Counted from the first letter of the stretch, positions 1-13,529 are shown. The stretch: DNA of 64,000 nt from Carcharhinus longimanus (GCA_030264375.1 JASCQW010000168.1:12309246-12373245), one strand, 5' to 3'. Program-made: numbers and translations. The notes: generated by a model from the letters alone, not told the origin.

Positions 1-689
1 CACCCCCCCCCCCCTCTCCCCCCCCCCCCCCCCCCCACTTGTGGATTAATAGTTCTATTTTCCCAAATAGCAGCATCTTTAAAATGGAGTCCGTACCTTT
101 TCACCTTTGAACTTTGAGATATCGTTCTCCTCCCCCTCTAATTCTGCACTGTGGGCATTCAACAACTGATCAGGTTTGTCCTCATTGGTAAGTAACAAAC
201 TAAAAGATTTATTGACTGAGAAGAACCATGTACAATTAATGGTTTAACAATGTAACTATACAGGTCTACTCCCAACAACGCTCTGACACTATCTGAAGCC
301 TTCCAGCTCCAGGAATGCATGCCCTCACTCCCGATTAGTCCAGGTTCACATACACCATTGGTTCCAGCCTGGTCATTAAAGGGGCCATGTTTCCACAGTA
401 TTACTGTGTTGGTGGAGTGTTTAAAATTGGGGATCCTCGAGGCTGGAATTAGATGAGCACAAGGATCTTGGAGCATAGAGGAATGGGGAAAAATTTAGTG
501 CTACAGTTTTAGATTGTGGTGAGGGCCAAACATGATGACATTGGTTTTTGACTGTTTAATCAGAAGAAATTGCTGCTCTTGCAGGACAGGATATGCAGGA
601 CAAGTCACCTGATGACGTAGAGAGAGTGGTAGAGACAAGGATAAGCTGGGCTTCCATTTGGCCTTTGATCTTTTGTTATATAATTTTGT

Positions 690-845
690 CTTTTAAAAAG
701 CATTTAGACAGTTACATGGGCAAGATGGGTATAGATGAATATGGGCCAAATGCAGGCAATTGGGACGAGCTTAGTGGTAAGAACTGGGCAGCATGGACAA
801 GTTCGGCTGTAGGGCCTGTTTCCATTCTGTACCCTTTATGACTCT
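690..845 (+). mobile_element. CR1/HER1-type LINE 3' end fragment
   Basis: 'tttaaaaagcatttagacagttacatgggcaagatgggtatagatgaatatgggccaaatgcaggcaattgggac' encodes FKKHLDSYM, followed by the typical 3' UTR ending 'gggcctgtttccattctgtaccctttatgactcta'. Confidence 0.75.
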
Positions 846-3321
846 ATTACCAGTGTGTTCGTTTAGTTACTTTTTTTTGTTCACTTCAATTTCCTTAGTT
901 TTCCCCACACTGCATAACTACGCTATAAAGCTAGGCAGTAGACCTGTCCAAAGAATTTTGCCATTATTTTTCTGTAATTTTCTGCAGTGAGGTGGATGGG
1001 CAGGGAAGTGGGATTCAAGATGTTTACTGCCTTTTATTAACTTATTGGCAAATTGTATCTGTCATAAAAAATATCATTATAATAGTGAAAAATTCTCTCC
1101 TCAAATTGAATATGTATAGCGGCTGGCTTGTTTCATTCAAAGATTCTTAGAGAGATGACCTAAATATTTGCTATCCAGTGCTGCATTTAATAGATTAAAA
1201 ATATAGTTTTTGCTGATTCTTCATTTATATTAGTCACAATTTGACTTTGATAAATGATTATTGAAAAATCTTTAACAGAGTTACTTTCAGTGAAAAGTGA
1301 ATTAAAGCAATGCCCAGAGTTGTAGTTCGAGGTGATCATAGAATGGATAAACTATATATTTTCTGGATTTTGGCCCCTGTCCACAAGAGCTTGTGCATCT
1401 AAATGACAGCATTATCCTACCAAGGACATTATTTATAGTGAGTAATGTGTGGGTTCATTTTAAATGGGAAGTAGGTGCAGTAATTTTCCACGCTGCAATA
1501 CCCTGACCCATTACCAAAGTCAAAGAATGTTCTAATATGCTGTTGCTTAAGCATCTGTTAAGTCTTTGGTAAACCTTTCTATTACAATTATCTAAAAACA
1601 GACCCACTGGGCATGCAGATTAAAAAGGATAAACTGCAGGAATGTCTAAAACTGAAGACTTAGCTAAGAAATTTGCATGCTGTTTGAGCAATGTCGTCCT
1701 GCCTTTTGATGGAAAATTTTCTTGAAGTTATGGGATTTTTGCCGTGTTGTTAACAAAATAAAAAGCTTTGCAGATCTCCAAATCATAGAATTTGTAAGAT
1801 ATATATGGAAAATTACAGTTGTATACTTAAAACACGCAGTAAACATGCTGTGAGGCATACCATTTGGTATTTATGTCTTTTGGAACAAAACATAAAATGT
1901 AATGCAGTAGATAAGCATAGTTTATTTATGTATAAATTTNNNNNNNNNNTAAATTTTCTACAGTGTGTGTACTGATCTATAATGTTTGGTATTGGAGGTT
2001 TGTGGAAATAACAATGAACCACAGTGAGTGATGAAGCATTTATAAAGGAGAAATTGTCCCCAAAACAAAATTTTTGTGCGCAATCTGTGATGCATTTATC
2101 ACGACACTTCAGAGCTTCACATCTGGTTCTTAAAATGCATAAACTCTTGCAAATGGAGTGCTTTATTTTGTCAAGCATTTTTGTATGCGGGCGAGAAATT
2201 ATTGTTTTAATCTGAAAAATTTATAACGGTAGTTTAAGTATGCCTCAGCCTGTAACAGTGTATTATGTTAAATCTACATTTTGGAAACATCATGTTTATG
2301 TAGCTGAGTGTAACACTTTCCAACAATGGTTGCAAATCAATAATTGCATCATAGATCATGCTTTTTCATTTTTTAATAGGCTATACATTCAAGGTAACCA
2401 GATTGTAAAGTGTGTAGATATCTTTATTACAGCCTTTATATACTTTTTAGTGAGATGTAAACATGTCAAGTGAAAAATCAATATTCATCTTTTCAAGGCT
2501 CACACTTCAAATAAACTGGTAAAATCTAAATATTGCTGGACTGTTTGTTTAAATAGTCAGAAACCTGACCATAAAAATAAAAGGATTTAAAAGTTATTGG
2601 ATTACTTTGAAACCAAAACTGGATGAGGACAAAACAATCCACATGGGAAAGATGCCTTGGTTTGAAACACATTTATGTAATTAATAATTGTTATGACCAG
2701 ATGAGGAAAGGGGGAATGGCGCCCCGATTCTCTCTTCTCCTTTGAATACGGCAGGGATTTTTTAAAAATCATATGATTGTCAATTGAATGAATGTTTAAC
2801 CGCTTACATGTGGTGACTGTAAAAGACCCAAACAGGCAGGTTTCCTTAATTTTTTAAAAAAAAGAAAAGAGAGTTTTTTTGTACTTAACCTGGTTGAGTA
2901 AAATAATTTATTCTCATTTGCATGCACATTCAGTTCACACATACAAAAATTGATCATAAAGTGGGAGGATGGATTAAGTGATTTATTTTTAAACTCCAAT
3001 AAAAAGTTGAATATTTCTGTTACTTACTGGTATTTCTGATCTGGTACTTGGTACTTGATTAGATCAAGCTGAGTTCAATGGTCCTTCTGGTTTCAGTGTT
3101 AAGGTGGTTTAAAGTAGCCTAACAATTTATCACCTACAAGCATCAGCTACTAGGTTACATTCTTTAAAAATCACTACTCACAATACACGGATAGTCAAAC
3201 AGCAGATAGAGCTCAAGCTTGAGGAACAGGTGGAGAGAGAGAGGCCCACATAGGTATATCATGTGCCGTTTGTTTCCAGATTGACTTTTTTCTTCCTGGT
3301 TCTTGGACTAAACAAGATTTG

Positions 3322-3540
3322 AACATAAGAAGAACATAAGAAATAGCAGCAGGAGTAGGCCATCTAACCCCTCGAGCCTGCCCTGCCATTCAATAAGATC
3401 ATGGCTGATCTGAAGTGGCTCAGTTCCACTTTCCTGCTCTCTCCTCATAACCTTTAATCCCCTTGCCTACCAAAAACCTATCTACCCGCGTCTTAAATAT
3501 ATTTAGCGAGGTAGCCTCCACCACTTCAACGGGCAGAGTG
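3322..3540 (-). mobile_element. CR1/HER1-type LINE 3' tail
   Basis: 'aacataagaaatagcagcaggagtaggccatctaacccctcgagcctgccctgccattcaataagatcatggctgatctgaagtgg' is the reverse complement of the tail at 31449-31570. Confidence 0.8.
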
Positions 3541-4087
3541 AATTTGTTATGTGAAGTTAGTTTCAATCATGTGACCACATGATCAATGCTTCCATGAATT
3601 GGTTTATCTGTAGCTCTTTTTGTTAAGTATCAAGCTCAGAGGCAGGGAGCAGAGGTTTTGAGTTTTGGTATTTGCATTTCAATGGAAGTAGCTGATGATT
3701 TAAATAGCCGGCTGCCATCCTAAGACATGCATGCACAAAATGTGTCCTGACCCCAGTCCCCCACAAAAATAGGAAGTTCCACATTTGGGAATTTTTGAGA
3801 TTTTCGCTACTTTTGCCAGGAAACAGTGGCTCTCCATCATAGCAGCAATCTGGGCCTGAGTAAGTGCAGTAACTATGTATCTGTGCAAAGTAATTGTTTT
3901 ATTGGCTTCATATCAGTAATGTTTTTAGTTCAGTAAATATCTAAGTCAAAGTACTTCAGCAATTCACTTGACTATATTCATTTTAATTATGTAACACAAG
4001 ATGTGTTTATGCACCTCAAATTCTGGCCTGTTATTCAATGAGGTCATCCATTGGATCATGGCTTGTTTTTTTTGATACTCTCTTTCC

Positions 4088-5640
4088 CTCTTCATTTTGT
4101 TGTCGTCAATCTCCAAATCCTCAAATCCTTCCCACAGACTCTGCTGCCGTCTGGTTCAATCCTGGGTGATGGCCTCCAAGACTTGATGTATAAGTTGCGT
4201 ATGTTCATGCTTTCAGCATGTCTGTGAAGAGCTTCTTTTGTCCTCCCTTGGTGCATCTGCCCTGACTGAGCTGGAAGAAGAAGACCTGCTTTAGGAGCTT
4301 GGAATTTGGCATCTGAACTATATGAACAAGTCAAAGAAGCTGATGGTGAATGATCATAGCTTCAATGTTTGTGGTGCCTGCTTGTGGGAGGGCACTGATA
4401 TTGGTGTGTCTGTCCTCCCACTTACTATGTAAGATCATAACCATGTTGATGGTTTAACTCCAGTGCTTGAGATGCCTCCAGTGCATTGTCCATTTTTCAA
4501 CTTGCACAGTAAGGTAGGCATCACAACCACATGGTAGACCACGAGCTTGGTTTCAGTTTTGCTGTTGCAATCTTCAAGCCCTTGCTTGTTTCAGTTACTG
4601 AAGACTGCACCAGCAGATTTCAAGCGATGCTGGAGTTCCTTTTGAATGTCAGTCATCTGTGATAGATAATCTCCAAGTGTTCCACATTTTCCCAGCACTC
4701 ATTGTGAATCCTAATCAGTGGGACTGGGGTGTGTGCAATTGGAGCTTGCTGATGGAGGGCTTTGGTGTTCTGAAAGTTGACTGTAAGTTCCATCTTCTCG
4801 TACGCCACAGTAAATACGTCAATGATTCTCTGGAGATCCATTTTCAACACAGCACTTACTGATGGCTCATCAGCATATAGAAGCTCAATAACAGGTTGGG
4901 ATAATCTTAGTTTTTGATTGCCGCTATCAGAGATTAAATAGTTAACTATCCATTCAATAAATAAGCTGCACTCCAAAGAATATGTCTCAGTTGGATAGAT
5001 CATAGCAGCATGGAAGATCAAAAAGAGTTGGAGCAACGATACAACCTAATCTTAAAGAAGGCCATAATGGATCCATTGTTCAGGATCCACACTCGCAAGT
5101 CACTATGAAGCAGGTGAAGGACGGAAACTAACATTGGAGGGTATCCACATTTCAACAGCATCTTCTTCATGATTTCCTCATAATTTACAGAGTTGAAGAA
5201 ATTTGTCAAGACAAAGGATGGGATGTAGAGAATTTGATGTTGTTCATTGGCAAGCTGTAAAAATCATGTTGGTCATGCCTCTTGATGGCTAAAACCCACA
5301 TTGAGATTCAGGCAGTTGCTCTCCAGGAAGTATAATATATTGGTTTAGAAGGATTCTTGCAATGCTCGTTCCTGCTGTGGAAAACAGAAACCTTTGTAAT
5401 TTGCACTGTTGAATTCTCCTTGCTGTTTCTCTTGCTTGAAGATTATCACAATTAAAATGCCCTTGAGATATTTGAGATTGTCTCTTCATTCCAGATGTGG
5501 AGGGTGAGGGGATGTAATGTTAGCTCCTCTCCTCTGTGCTTAAAGCTTTCAGCGAGGGTTCCATCACCTCCTGCTTTATTGTTCCTCATTCGTGTAAAGA
5601 CTTTGGTAGAGTTCTGAGTTTGTCTCTAACTGGGTGTTGT
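4088..5640 (-). mobile_element. Decayed RTE-clade LINE (reverse transcriptase region)
   Basis: Minus-strand motifs 'STAGTSIARILLN...LPESQCGF', 'FNSVNYE...LLKCGYPP', 'ELLYADE' and 'LQRIIDVFTVAYEKMELTVNFQNTK', with many stops and frameshifts. Confidence 0.85.
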
Positions 5641-5699
5641 GGGATGGAGTTGACATCCTAGTAAATGTCCTCTGTATCCTGCCCAAGGTCTTGACACCC

Positions 5700-6700
5700 T
5701 TCGTAAATTATGATTCCTAGAATTATTCACAATACTCCACTGAGGCCTAACCAATGGTGTAGGATGATCTCTTTATTCTTACATGCAATGTCCCTTTTTA
5801 CCAATCCAAACTTCCTGTATACTTTCATACCTACCCTATCAACTTCGCCACTTGTAAGGATTTGTGAACATCATCCCTCAGGACCATTTGCTTTTGCACC
5901 ACCTCATAATAATATCATTTAGATTATTCTGCATTTTGACGTTATTTGTCCAACGTGTATCATCACTCACACTTGACTATATTAAATTGCAGTTGTGCTG
6001 TTTGCAGCAATCTATGTCCTCCTGAAATCTGCTACCATCCTCTTCACTATTTCCAATGTTGCCCCAATGGAGGGATGGTGTACTCTTTATACCCAAGTCC
6101 AGGTTATTTATACATAACTAAAAAAGCAACAATCCTGATAATACATTGGGGACCTCACTGCATGCTTTCCTCCAGTCAGAAAAAACAACTGTTGACCAGT
6201 ATCCTGCCTCTTAGCTCTTAACCAAGTACGTACCCAAGTTCCCACCATCCTTTTGAGATAATGTGCTTCTGTTTTTCAAATTAACCTGTTATGTGGTACT
6301 TTATCAAATGTTTTTGAAAGGCTACATATATAACATCTACTGCACCACCTTAACCAACTCTGTCTATTACTTTGTCAAATCACTCAACCAAGTTAACCAG
6401 ACCAAGTGGCTATTAACAAATCTGTGCTGTCTCTTATTAAATTATACTTCTCCAAGTGAGAATAAACTTTCCTCCTGGTCTCTAGCAGTTTACTTCTGAC
6501 TTTAGGCCAACTTGCCGAAAATTACAATTTATTCCTCTCGCATTTTTGAAAAAGAAGGCAACGTTTATAATCCATCTGTTCTTTCTTTTCACTCCTATAT
6601 CCAAAGAAACTTGCAAGATTTTGAACAGTGCTTTTTCTATCTTCTAACTTTGCTCAGCAACCAAATTGCATCCCATCTGGACTGAGTGACTTGTTAACTT
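5700..6700 (-). mobile_element. Highly decayed CR1-like LINE RT fragment
   Basis: Minus strand near 6100-6160 resembles SGVPQGSVLGPLLFxIYI. 6290-6430 resembles CLTNL...DVIYxDFQKAFDKVPHxRL. Confidence 0.65.
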
Positions 6701-7054
6701 AATGATGGCAACCTTTTAGTACCTCCTTTCCATTTTTATTCTTTCCAATAACCCTGCTCCCCACCATCCCTCCACTGCAACATTAGCTTTATCCTCTTTT
6801 ATGAAGACAGCTGCATGTTTCTCATCCTGAACTTCATTAATGCACAAGAATGTTTCACTTTTTCTTTAATTGGCTCCACCATTCCATGAGCTACTCTTTT
6901 ATTTCTGTATATAAGTTGTGGCAAAAATATAAACTAAACTTGGAATTTTAAATTATGTCTCATCTGACTTCTTCCCACCAACCTGCCAATTTTGCAAGAA
7001 GCTAAAATTGCAAATATCGGAAATTGTTTTGATTGCGTATACACAGCAGACAAT

Positions 7055-7500
7055 TTGTTTAGAAGGATGAGGGGGGTCCTTATTAAAACTTTCAGGATAC
7101 TGCAAGGCCTGGATAGAGTGGACGTGGAGAGGATGTTTAAAGTTTGTTTATTAGTCACAAGTAAGTCACATTAACAAATCTACAGAGTTGTTTCCACTAG
7201 TAGGAAAAACTAGAACCAGAGGGCACAACCTCAGGACTATCCTTTAAACAGAGATGAGGAGAAATTCTTCAACCAGAGAGTGGTGAATCTGTGGAACTCT
7301 TTGCCGCAGAAGACTGTGGAGGCCTAGTTATTGAGTACCTTTAAGGTAGAGATAGGTTCTTGATTAATAAGGGGAACAGGGGTTATGAGGAAAAGACAGG
7401 AGAATGGGGATGAGAAAGGTATCAGCCATGATTGAATGGTGGAGCAGACTCAGTGGGCCAAGTGGCCTAATTCTACTCCTGTATCTTATGGTCTTATGAG
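7055..7500 (+). mobile_element. CR1/HER1 LINE 3' end, with a short SINE-tail fragment inserted at about 7138-7175
   Basis: RRMRGVLIKTFRILQGLDRVDVERMF; 'ttcttcaaccagagagtggtgaatctgtggaactct' (FFNQRVVNLWNS); tail 'ctaattctactcctgtatcttatggtcttatg'. Confidence 0.85.
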
Positions 7501-8056
7501 CTTAAGAATTGTTATTATTACTGACCTCAGTCATAGGAAAGCACTATTGTGCATGTGCTTTAAAACTTGTGAATTAAGTTCAAGCTTGTGTAGATTGAAA
7601 ATACTATGAATTGATATCTTCAATGTTTACTTCCCTTCTCTACTGAAACTACTGAGCGAAAAACAAGCTGGCAGGTCTGTAGTACCTCAGTACACTAGCT
7701 ATATATCTAATAAGCTTTGGTGGTGCATTTAGGCATTCAATAGTTTATAGGTTAATTTAGCCGGAGTTGGTCAATATCATACCTCTGAACTTACCGGTAG
7801 GAAACACTTGAATACAATTAGATGTGCAGACATTAGCTGATTTTAAAGTCTCAGTAGTCCAGAGTAGCCAAGACCAGCTTATTATTGCTTTTATATTGAA
7901 ATAGATTAAGGCCGTAGCTATATTGCCCACCCCAAGTTTTCTTTCTCAATCTCAATGATTACAATTTCCACTTCCACTGCAGCTCTTCTTCCCTCTCTAC
8001 ATGAATCATCAACTTCTGATTTCTCTAAATTTCTCCAGCAATATTAACTCCCCCAC

Positions 8057-8249
8057 CCATTTACAAGAAAGTTAATTCCTTTCTCAGAGTTCCAAATGGT
8101 AAGCCCTTAATCCATCCCCTAACTTCCTCCAAGAACCAATTCAAATTCAGATTGAGTCCAATTCATGGTCCCTTCAAGAAAGATATACTAGATCCAAGCT
8201 GACAAGTTTAAACATTACACCTGATCTCACACTTGATCCTATGCTTGAT
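8057..8249 (-). mobile_element. U2 snRNA-derived short repeat, copy B (5'-truncated)
   Basis: Minus strand 'atcaagcataggatcaagtgtgag...cttgtcagcttggatctag...ggaccatgaattggactcaat...ggttcttggaggaag...gatggattaagggctt' is collinear with copies A and C. Confidence 0.7.
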
Positions 8250-8261
8250 TTTTTAAAAAAC

Positions 8262-8480
8262 TTTTTACTCCATTCTTAAAGCTAAAAAGACAATTGTCAG
8301 AGTGGACCAGGCAGACTCAACTGTATCTCTTTGCTTGCTGAAAAATTCACATTCAAATTGAATCCAATTCATGGTCCTCACAAGAGAAACAAACAAGATC
8401 CAAGCTGACAAAATAAGGCATTGCATTCCATCTTAGGCTTGATCCAATGCTTGATCTTAGCCAAAAGGCCGAAAAACTAT
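8262..8480 (-). mobile_element. U2 snRNA-derived short repeat, copy A (SINE-like, A-rich tail)
   Basis: Minus strand starts 'atagtttttcggccttttggctaagatcaag' against U2 ATCGCTTCTCGGCCTTTTGGCTAAGATCAAG. It later has 'gaatttttcagca' (Sm-site-like) and 'ggtccactct', and ends 'aagaatggagtaaaaag'. Confidence 0.8.
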
Positions 8481-8482
8481 TT

Positions 8483-8830
8483 CTTTCCAAAAATAGATTT
8501 TATTCATAAAATCTCTACGAGAGCATTCCAAATATTCCCAACTGGCCGTCACATACAGTGCAATGATATTCAAAATTTTTGCACACACAACGTAACACTC
8601 TGAGATGCTTCAGTACAGTCAAAGAAACATTATAGACATTTTAAAACGGTCCTTAAAATTCGTGCAAAGGTATTGAAAGATTCTCTACACAGAGCCAGTT
8701 GCACTCCGCAGTGCTTCAGAACAACTGGGATGCATGCAACATTCACTGAATGCAGAGAAGCCTTATTCACGTTCTTGACCTCTATGGCCTGCCCACACCC
8801 AGTGTCTCAATAACTGACCAGGTGAGCTTA
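8483..8830 (-). mobile_element. Putative L1/Tx1-type LINE 3' UTR
   Basis: Minus strand ends 'ttttatgaataaaatctatttttggaaagaa' (AATAAA plus A-rich end) directly abutting the U2-like head. No recognisable ORF, so the clade is inferred. Confidence 0.4.
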
Positions 8831-9389
8831 ACCATTTGTTTGGTGTCACTTAGCCTCAAAACATCCCTCACAATTCATTATTTCAGTCAAAATTGATCAT
8901 CCATTTTAAAAGTTCCTTTGCTGTCTTGTTATCCATTATTTTGGCATTTATTTAAGAAGCTCCTTGGGATGTTCTGAAAAGAATTAAACAAATGTAAATT
9001 GTTGCCACCTTGTATTGATGTAAAGCAGCTTCAGTTTTGTGCCAGCAAAAAAATAAAAATATACACCCTTGCTTTATGTGGATCAGAAAATAGGACTAAC
9101 CTTTCTTCTGACCTAGATAGCCTAATACCACATCACAAAGTGCATTCCTCCATTAAACAATTAGAATACATCATAACCTTGTGCTTACAATTTTATGATA
9201 TAAAATTCCTTTATTTTTCCCTGACTACATTCCCTGATTGTCCTGCTGTCAGTTTTACCACAAACAATTGGGCAACAAGATTTATCTGAATCCAATTTTT
9301 CAGTTTGAATGTCAACTTGTCTGTTCTCTGCCCAAAACTCCCTCAGTGCGTTAATAATATTGCAATGTAGCAGAGACTGTAACACTACT

Positions 9390-9500
9390 TTCTGCACTCT
9401 CTCCTTCTCTATGAATGGTATGCCCTGCCTGTACAGCATGCAAGAAACAATACTTTTCACTGTATACTAATACATGTGACAATAATAAATCAAATTAAAA
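9390..9500 (+). mobile_element. Rex1/Babar-type LINE 3' tail
   Basis: 'caagaaacaatacttttcactgtatactaatacatgtgacaataataaatcaaatt' is the reverse complement of the tail of the element at 58380-58985. Confidence 0.7.
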
Positions 9501-12500
9501 TTCAAGCTGTACATCTGTCCACACCACATTGCTGTGTGACTTTTTTCCTGATAATCATTTAGTGTTGCATGTTTTTGCAGCCACACATTAAAGAATGGTA
9601 GTTGTGCTGTGTCCAACTTGAATTGCAGTTGTGCCTAGGAAAGATCTTTGCTTAGGTGTGCCGCACATGTGCAAAGTTTAAATGTTCAAAGACTGTTATG
9701 TATTGTATACATTGTTTAATCATGTGAATTAATTTCAGCTAAGGTTTTGAGATGTCTGTGAGAATTTTTAGAATCTGGCTTGAGGCCACACTTGAGTTGC
9801 ACTCCATGCAGAGTAAGAGCAAAGAATTCTGTAGGGAGTCTTTCAATGTTTCTCTTTGCGCTTAGTTGGGTCCTCATTTAGGATTTACTGCAGCTGTGAC
9901 ATCTTTGCAACTTCACAATTGCTGTATAGTGGAAACTACTTCACAGAGACAGTGGAGTTGTAGCATAAATACACCCTTGGTTTATTTCCAAATTGTAGGT
10001 GTTTGGGTTTCATGCCATTTAAGGTGCTTCTCCGTGATGGCCCTCAAAACTGAGAGCTAATTCTAAAGCACAAGAAGAGTTCTTGTGATATTTATGTTTA
10101 AAAAAAACACTGGGATCCCCACAAGTTCTTAAAATCGATATTAGAAGGGGAGTAAGTCAGCAGGATCTGCAGAGTTTACAGTTATATGTAGGATGTTGCT
10201 TCAAGATGAGTTGTTTTCTGTCTGAGGTCTGTAAACCCAATAAGTTTGCTGTCATAATAGAATCAATGTGACTATGTTTTAAATAGTTCCTGTCATCTCC
10301 ACTTCAGAGTAATCCATTAAATATGATGAAAGCTAAAAGCTGTAAAGGAGATTATGAATTCTCCATTGGAGTAAGGAATAGACCTAATATTTTACAACCA
10401 ATTGTTCATCTGAGGTAACTAAGATTAAAATGTCTGTTCAGTTCTATATTCCATATCAAATTTTGAACTGTTGTATGTCACTTTGCCATTCTTACAAGAT
10501 TGTCCTTTTAGCCCTGTAATATAGACCAGAGCAACTGCTTAAAGTGATTATTCTTCTTAGGCTGTAGTATTTCAATGTGAAGGATTAAAACATTATTGAT
10601 TAATTACTTTTAAAATCACTCTTCTGAAGTTTGACAGTAATATGCTNNNNNNNNNNNNNNNNNNNNNNNNNNNNNNNNNNNNNNNNNNNNNNNNNNNNNN
10701 NNNNNNNNNNNNNNNNNNNNNNNNNNNNNNNNNNNNNNNNNNNNNNNNNNNNNNNNNNNNNNNNNNNNNNNNNNNNNNNNNNNNNNNNNNNNNNNNNNNN
10801 NNNNNNNNNNNNNNNNNNTTATGATTTTTATGTCTTTTTTATGAGTTTTCAAAAACTCCCTAGCTTCCAGTTCTAAGTTAGAGAATGTAAATGTAGCAGT
10901 TGTGATCACTAATGTAACTTCACATGAGGAATAGTCATTATTTAGTATTCATCCATTGTAGTATTGTGACTTAATATCACTTGAAGTTCCTGATTGGATG
11001 TTTCCAATCTTTCCTTTTGCTGAAACAGCTGCAATTCTTACACTAAGCTAAACTCATTTTTAATTTATTGATTTAGAAAAGTTTTGAGTTTCTACTAAAG
11101 AATTTACCTGCTTTTTGCCCCAAAAGAGAACCGAGGGAGAAAACCGTTATATCCTCGTTAACTGGGAGATACACAAACTCTCCAAACTATTAATAATAAG
11201 GAAATGCTTATAATAAGGAAAGTTTATCTTCTAATTCTTTTAATAAAGTTACTTTTTTCCTTGACAGATTTTTACAAATTTTATTCAAGGTAATTTTCTT
11301 CAACTTCATGGACTTGCACTTTATTTTCAATGCAAAATGCTGTACATTGTGTTGCTTTAGTTTTAGAATTGAGATCTTTCCATAATGCTGTAGTTGTGTG
11401 AAAAGCCCTTGTAGAGAAATCCCTGCTGAGATATTTGAGCTTGTTGCCTCTCACTCTTTGTTAAGACACAAAATAAGTTCTTTTTGCTAACTCAATTTTG
11501 GCACACTTGACATCTTGGGTATTGAAAGGTTCTTTTTGGTCCCCTTCCCCGTATTCATCTTTTTTCCCATATAGTTTCCTGTCTGACTGTAGAACGTTTT
11601 TTCAACAAATGTGTGTTTTCAGCCTCTTTGACCTCATCATCTGCAAATGTCAAAGTGCTAATAAAGCTCTGAAGACATTATAATGACAGGGTTAAATTAA
11701 GTCTTCATGTGCTGTCCATTAAGTTGACTTTTTTGTTTTTCACATCCAGCAGCTATATGGATGCATCATGTCTTGTTTGTGGGCAACTGAGCAGACAGGC
11801 TTTGTCTCTGCTCATCATACCGGTTAATTCTTTCCCTCAAGTCATTAATCATCACCTCACCTATTTATACCAATGGCAAGTATAACTAACATAGTTAATG
11901 CTCCCTTTTGTCTCTTGTTGCTGTCTGCTTTACTGTTGATTACAGCCTCCCAAATTCTGTTTGCTCTCAAAACCAGCAGAATAGCTGAACATTGCCCATT
12001 TTCAAAGTGGTGTTAAAGTGGTTGAAAGCCTTGATTTATGCAGTCATGATGATACTATTTGCACCTGAATGGCAGGTACATCAACATCTCCTTGTAACTG
12101 CAGCAGAGAGAGACAGTTATGTCTTTGTTCTCCACCCAACCCACTTGGGACTTGGCAGATCATTGATGGATATTATTATTTCTGATGTTGATAAAAATGA
12201 GTGGTGCCGAAGTAGGAGCTTTTATATTTTTGCCAGTGTTGGAATCACTTACTTTAGTTTTGAGATATTTAGAAATTTGAGGAGTGAGGTCCTGAAACCC
12301 TGGCATAAACAAGCTTAAAATTAACAACATCATTGGTTTCTGAAATGCAATGAAAAGAGCGGCTAGTCGGTAATTGAGAAGCATGTGGCGCTGTCAGCAG
12401 GTGATGGGAGACAGACACACCTGACTGACAGTGTGACAGAGAGCAGAGACAGGGCCCATCCAGGCACTCTCTCAGCCAGAGTGATGAGCCCTCTGGAACA

Positions 12501-13261
12501 CAAATTGTGAATCATCAGAGGGCTAGATGAGATGAGGTCAGGGAAGGCTGCCAGACAGTGTGTAACATGCTACAAATTTCTTTCAGCACTTAGTATTCCA
12601 CCATGCAAAGCCCTCACTATTAAGCAACACAGAACAGTTCATATCCTGCAGAGGGGTGATAGATATGTCATATCTATGAAAAATTGTTTTGCTTCTGCAG
12701 GTGTATGGATTTTTTTAAAGCAGCCTGCACATATAACACTTTTCAACGCACTTTCCAATAGTGATTTGGCATCCAACCTCTATCAAAGAAGAAATCTTTC
12801 ACAAGCAATTATGGCACAGAATAAAGGTGATGAAGTGTTGTGTACAAAGAAATGAGGGATCAAAGAGCTGTAATGAAAACTGATTACAATAAAAAGAGAC
12901 TGGGAATTCCAAAGGTCTAGTCAAGTCCTTATACTAAATGCTTTCTATTTTAGAAACTAGTTTTATAAGGGCATGAAATAATAGTTTTAAACATTAGTGA
13001 GTAAGAAACAGAATCACTTGCTGACATTGCAGGGAAGTTTGAGTGATAATTTAAGCCAAACTAATGATGCCTTAAAGAATGAAAACCCAAGGTTTCAACT
13101 TTCTAATGATGTCCAGGTATTATAGGTTTGCACATACAGTGATGCAGAGAAACAGTCTAAAAGATGCTATAAACTCATTGCAAATATAAATGTAGAGGTG
13201 ATGTAAATTTAATGTAATAAATATAATGGTCCAATATTTATAAGATGCCCATATACTTTGC

Positions 13262-13432
13262 CTGGAACTTTTGGTTGTTCACGCCAGTGATATCTTCTGG
13301 TCCCACTGAACCCCATCGCGGTTTCACATTCAACAGAAAATCCCATTAACAGCGGGACCAGAGGATCCAACTGCTGGCTAAGGGCTGGCTGCCTCCTGTT
13401 GCCACAAAACACATGCTGGTTGAGCAGTAAAT
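13262..13432. mobile_element. GC-rich MITE-like element
   Basis: Internal inverted repeat 'tcttctggtccc...gggaccagagga'; layout similar to 23685-23907. Confidence 0.5.
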
Positions 13433-13529
13433 CCCATGTGTATGCAATGTGCCAAATTTTAGATTGATTGATTTACCTCAGCCCATATGCCATCATTGCA
13501 AGTATTTTTTTACTGAATCATGGTAATTG

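Noticed and set aside
1-37. Poly-C tract as a G-quadruplex or regulatory element
   Set aside because: It is low-complexity sequence at the window edge with no supporting context.
8262-8480. Functional U2 snRNA gene
   Set aside because: The branch-point recognition sequence is replaced, the Sm site is mutated, stem-loop IV is missing and an A tail is present.
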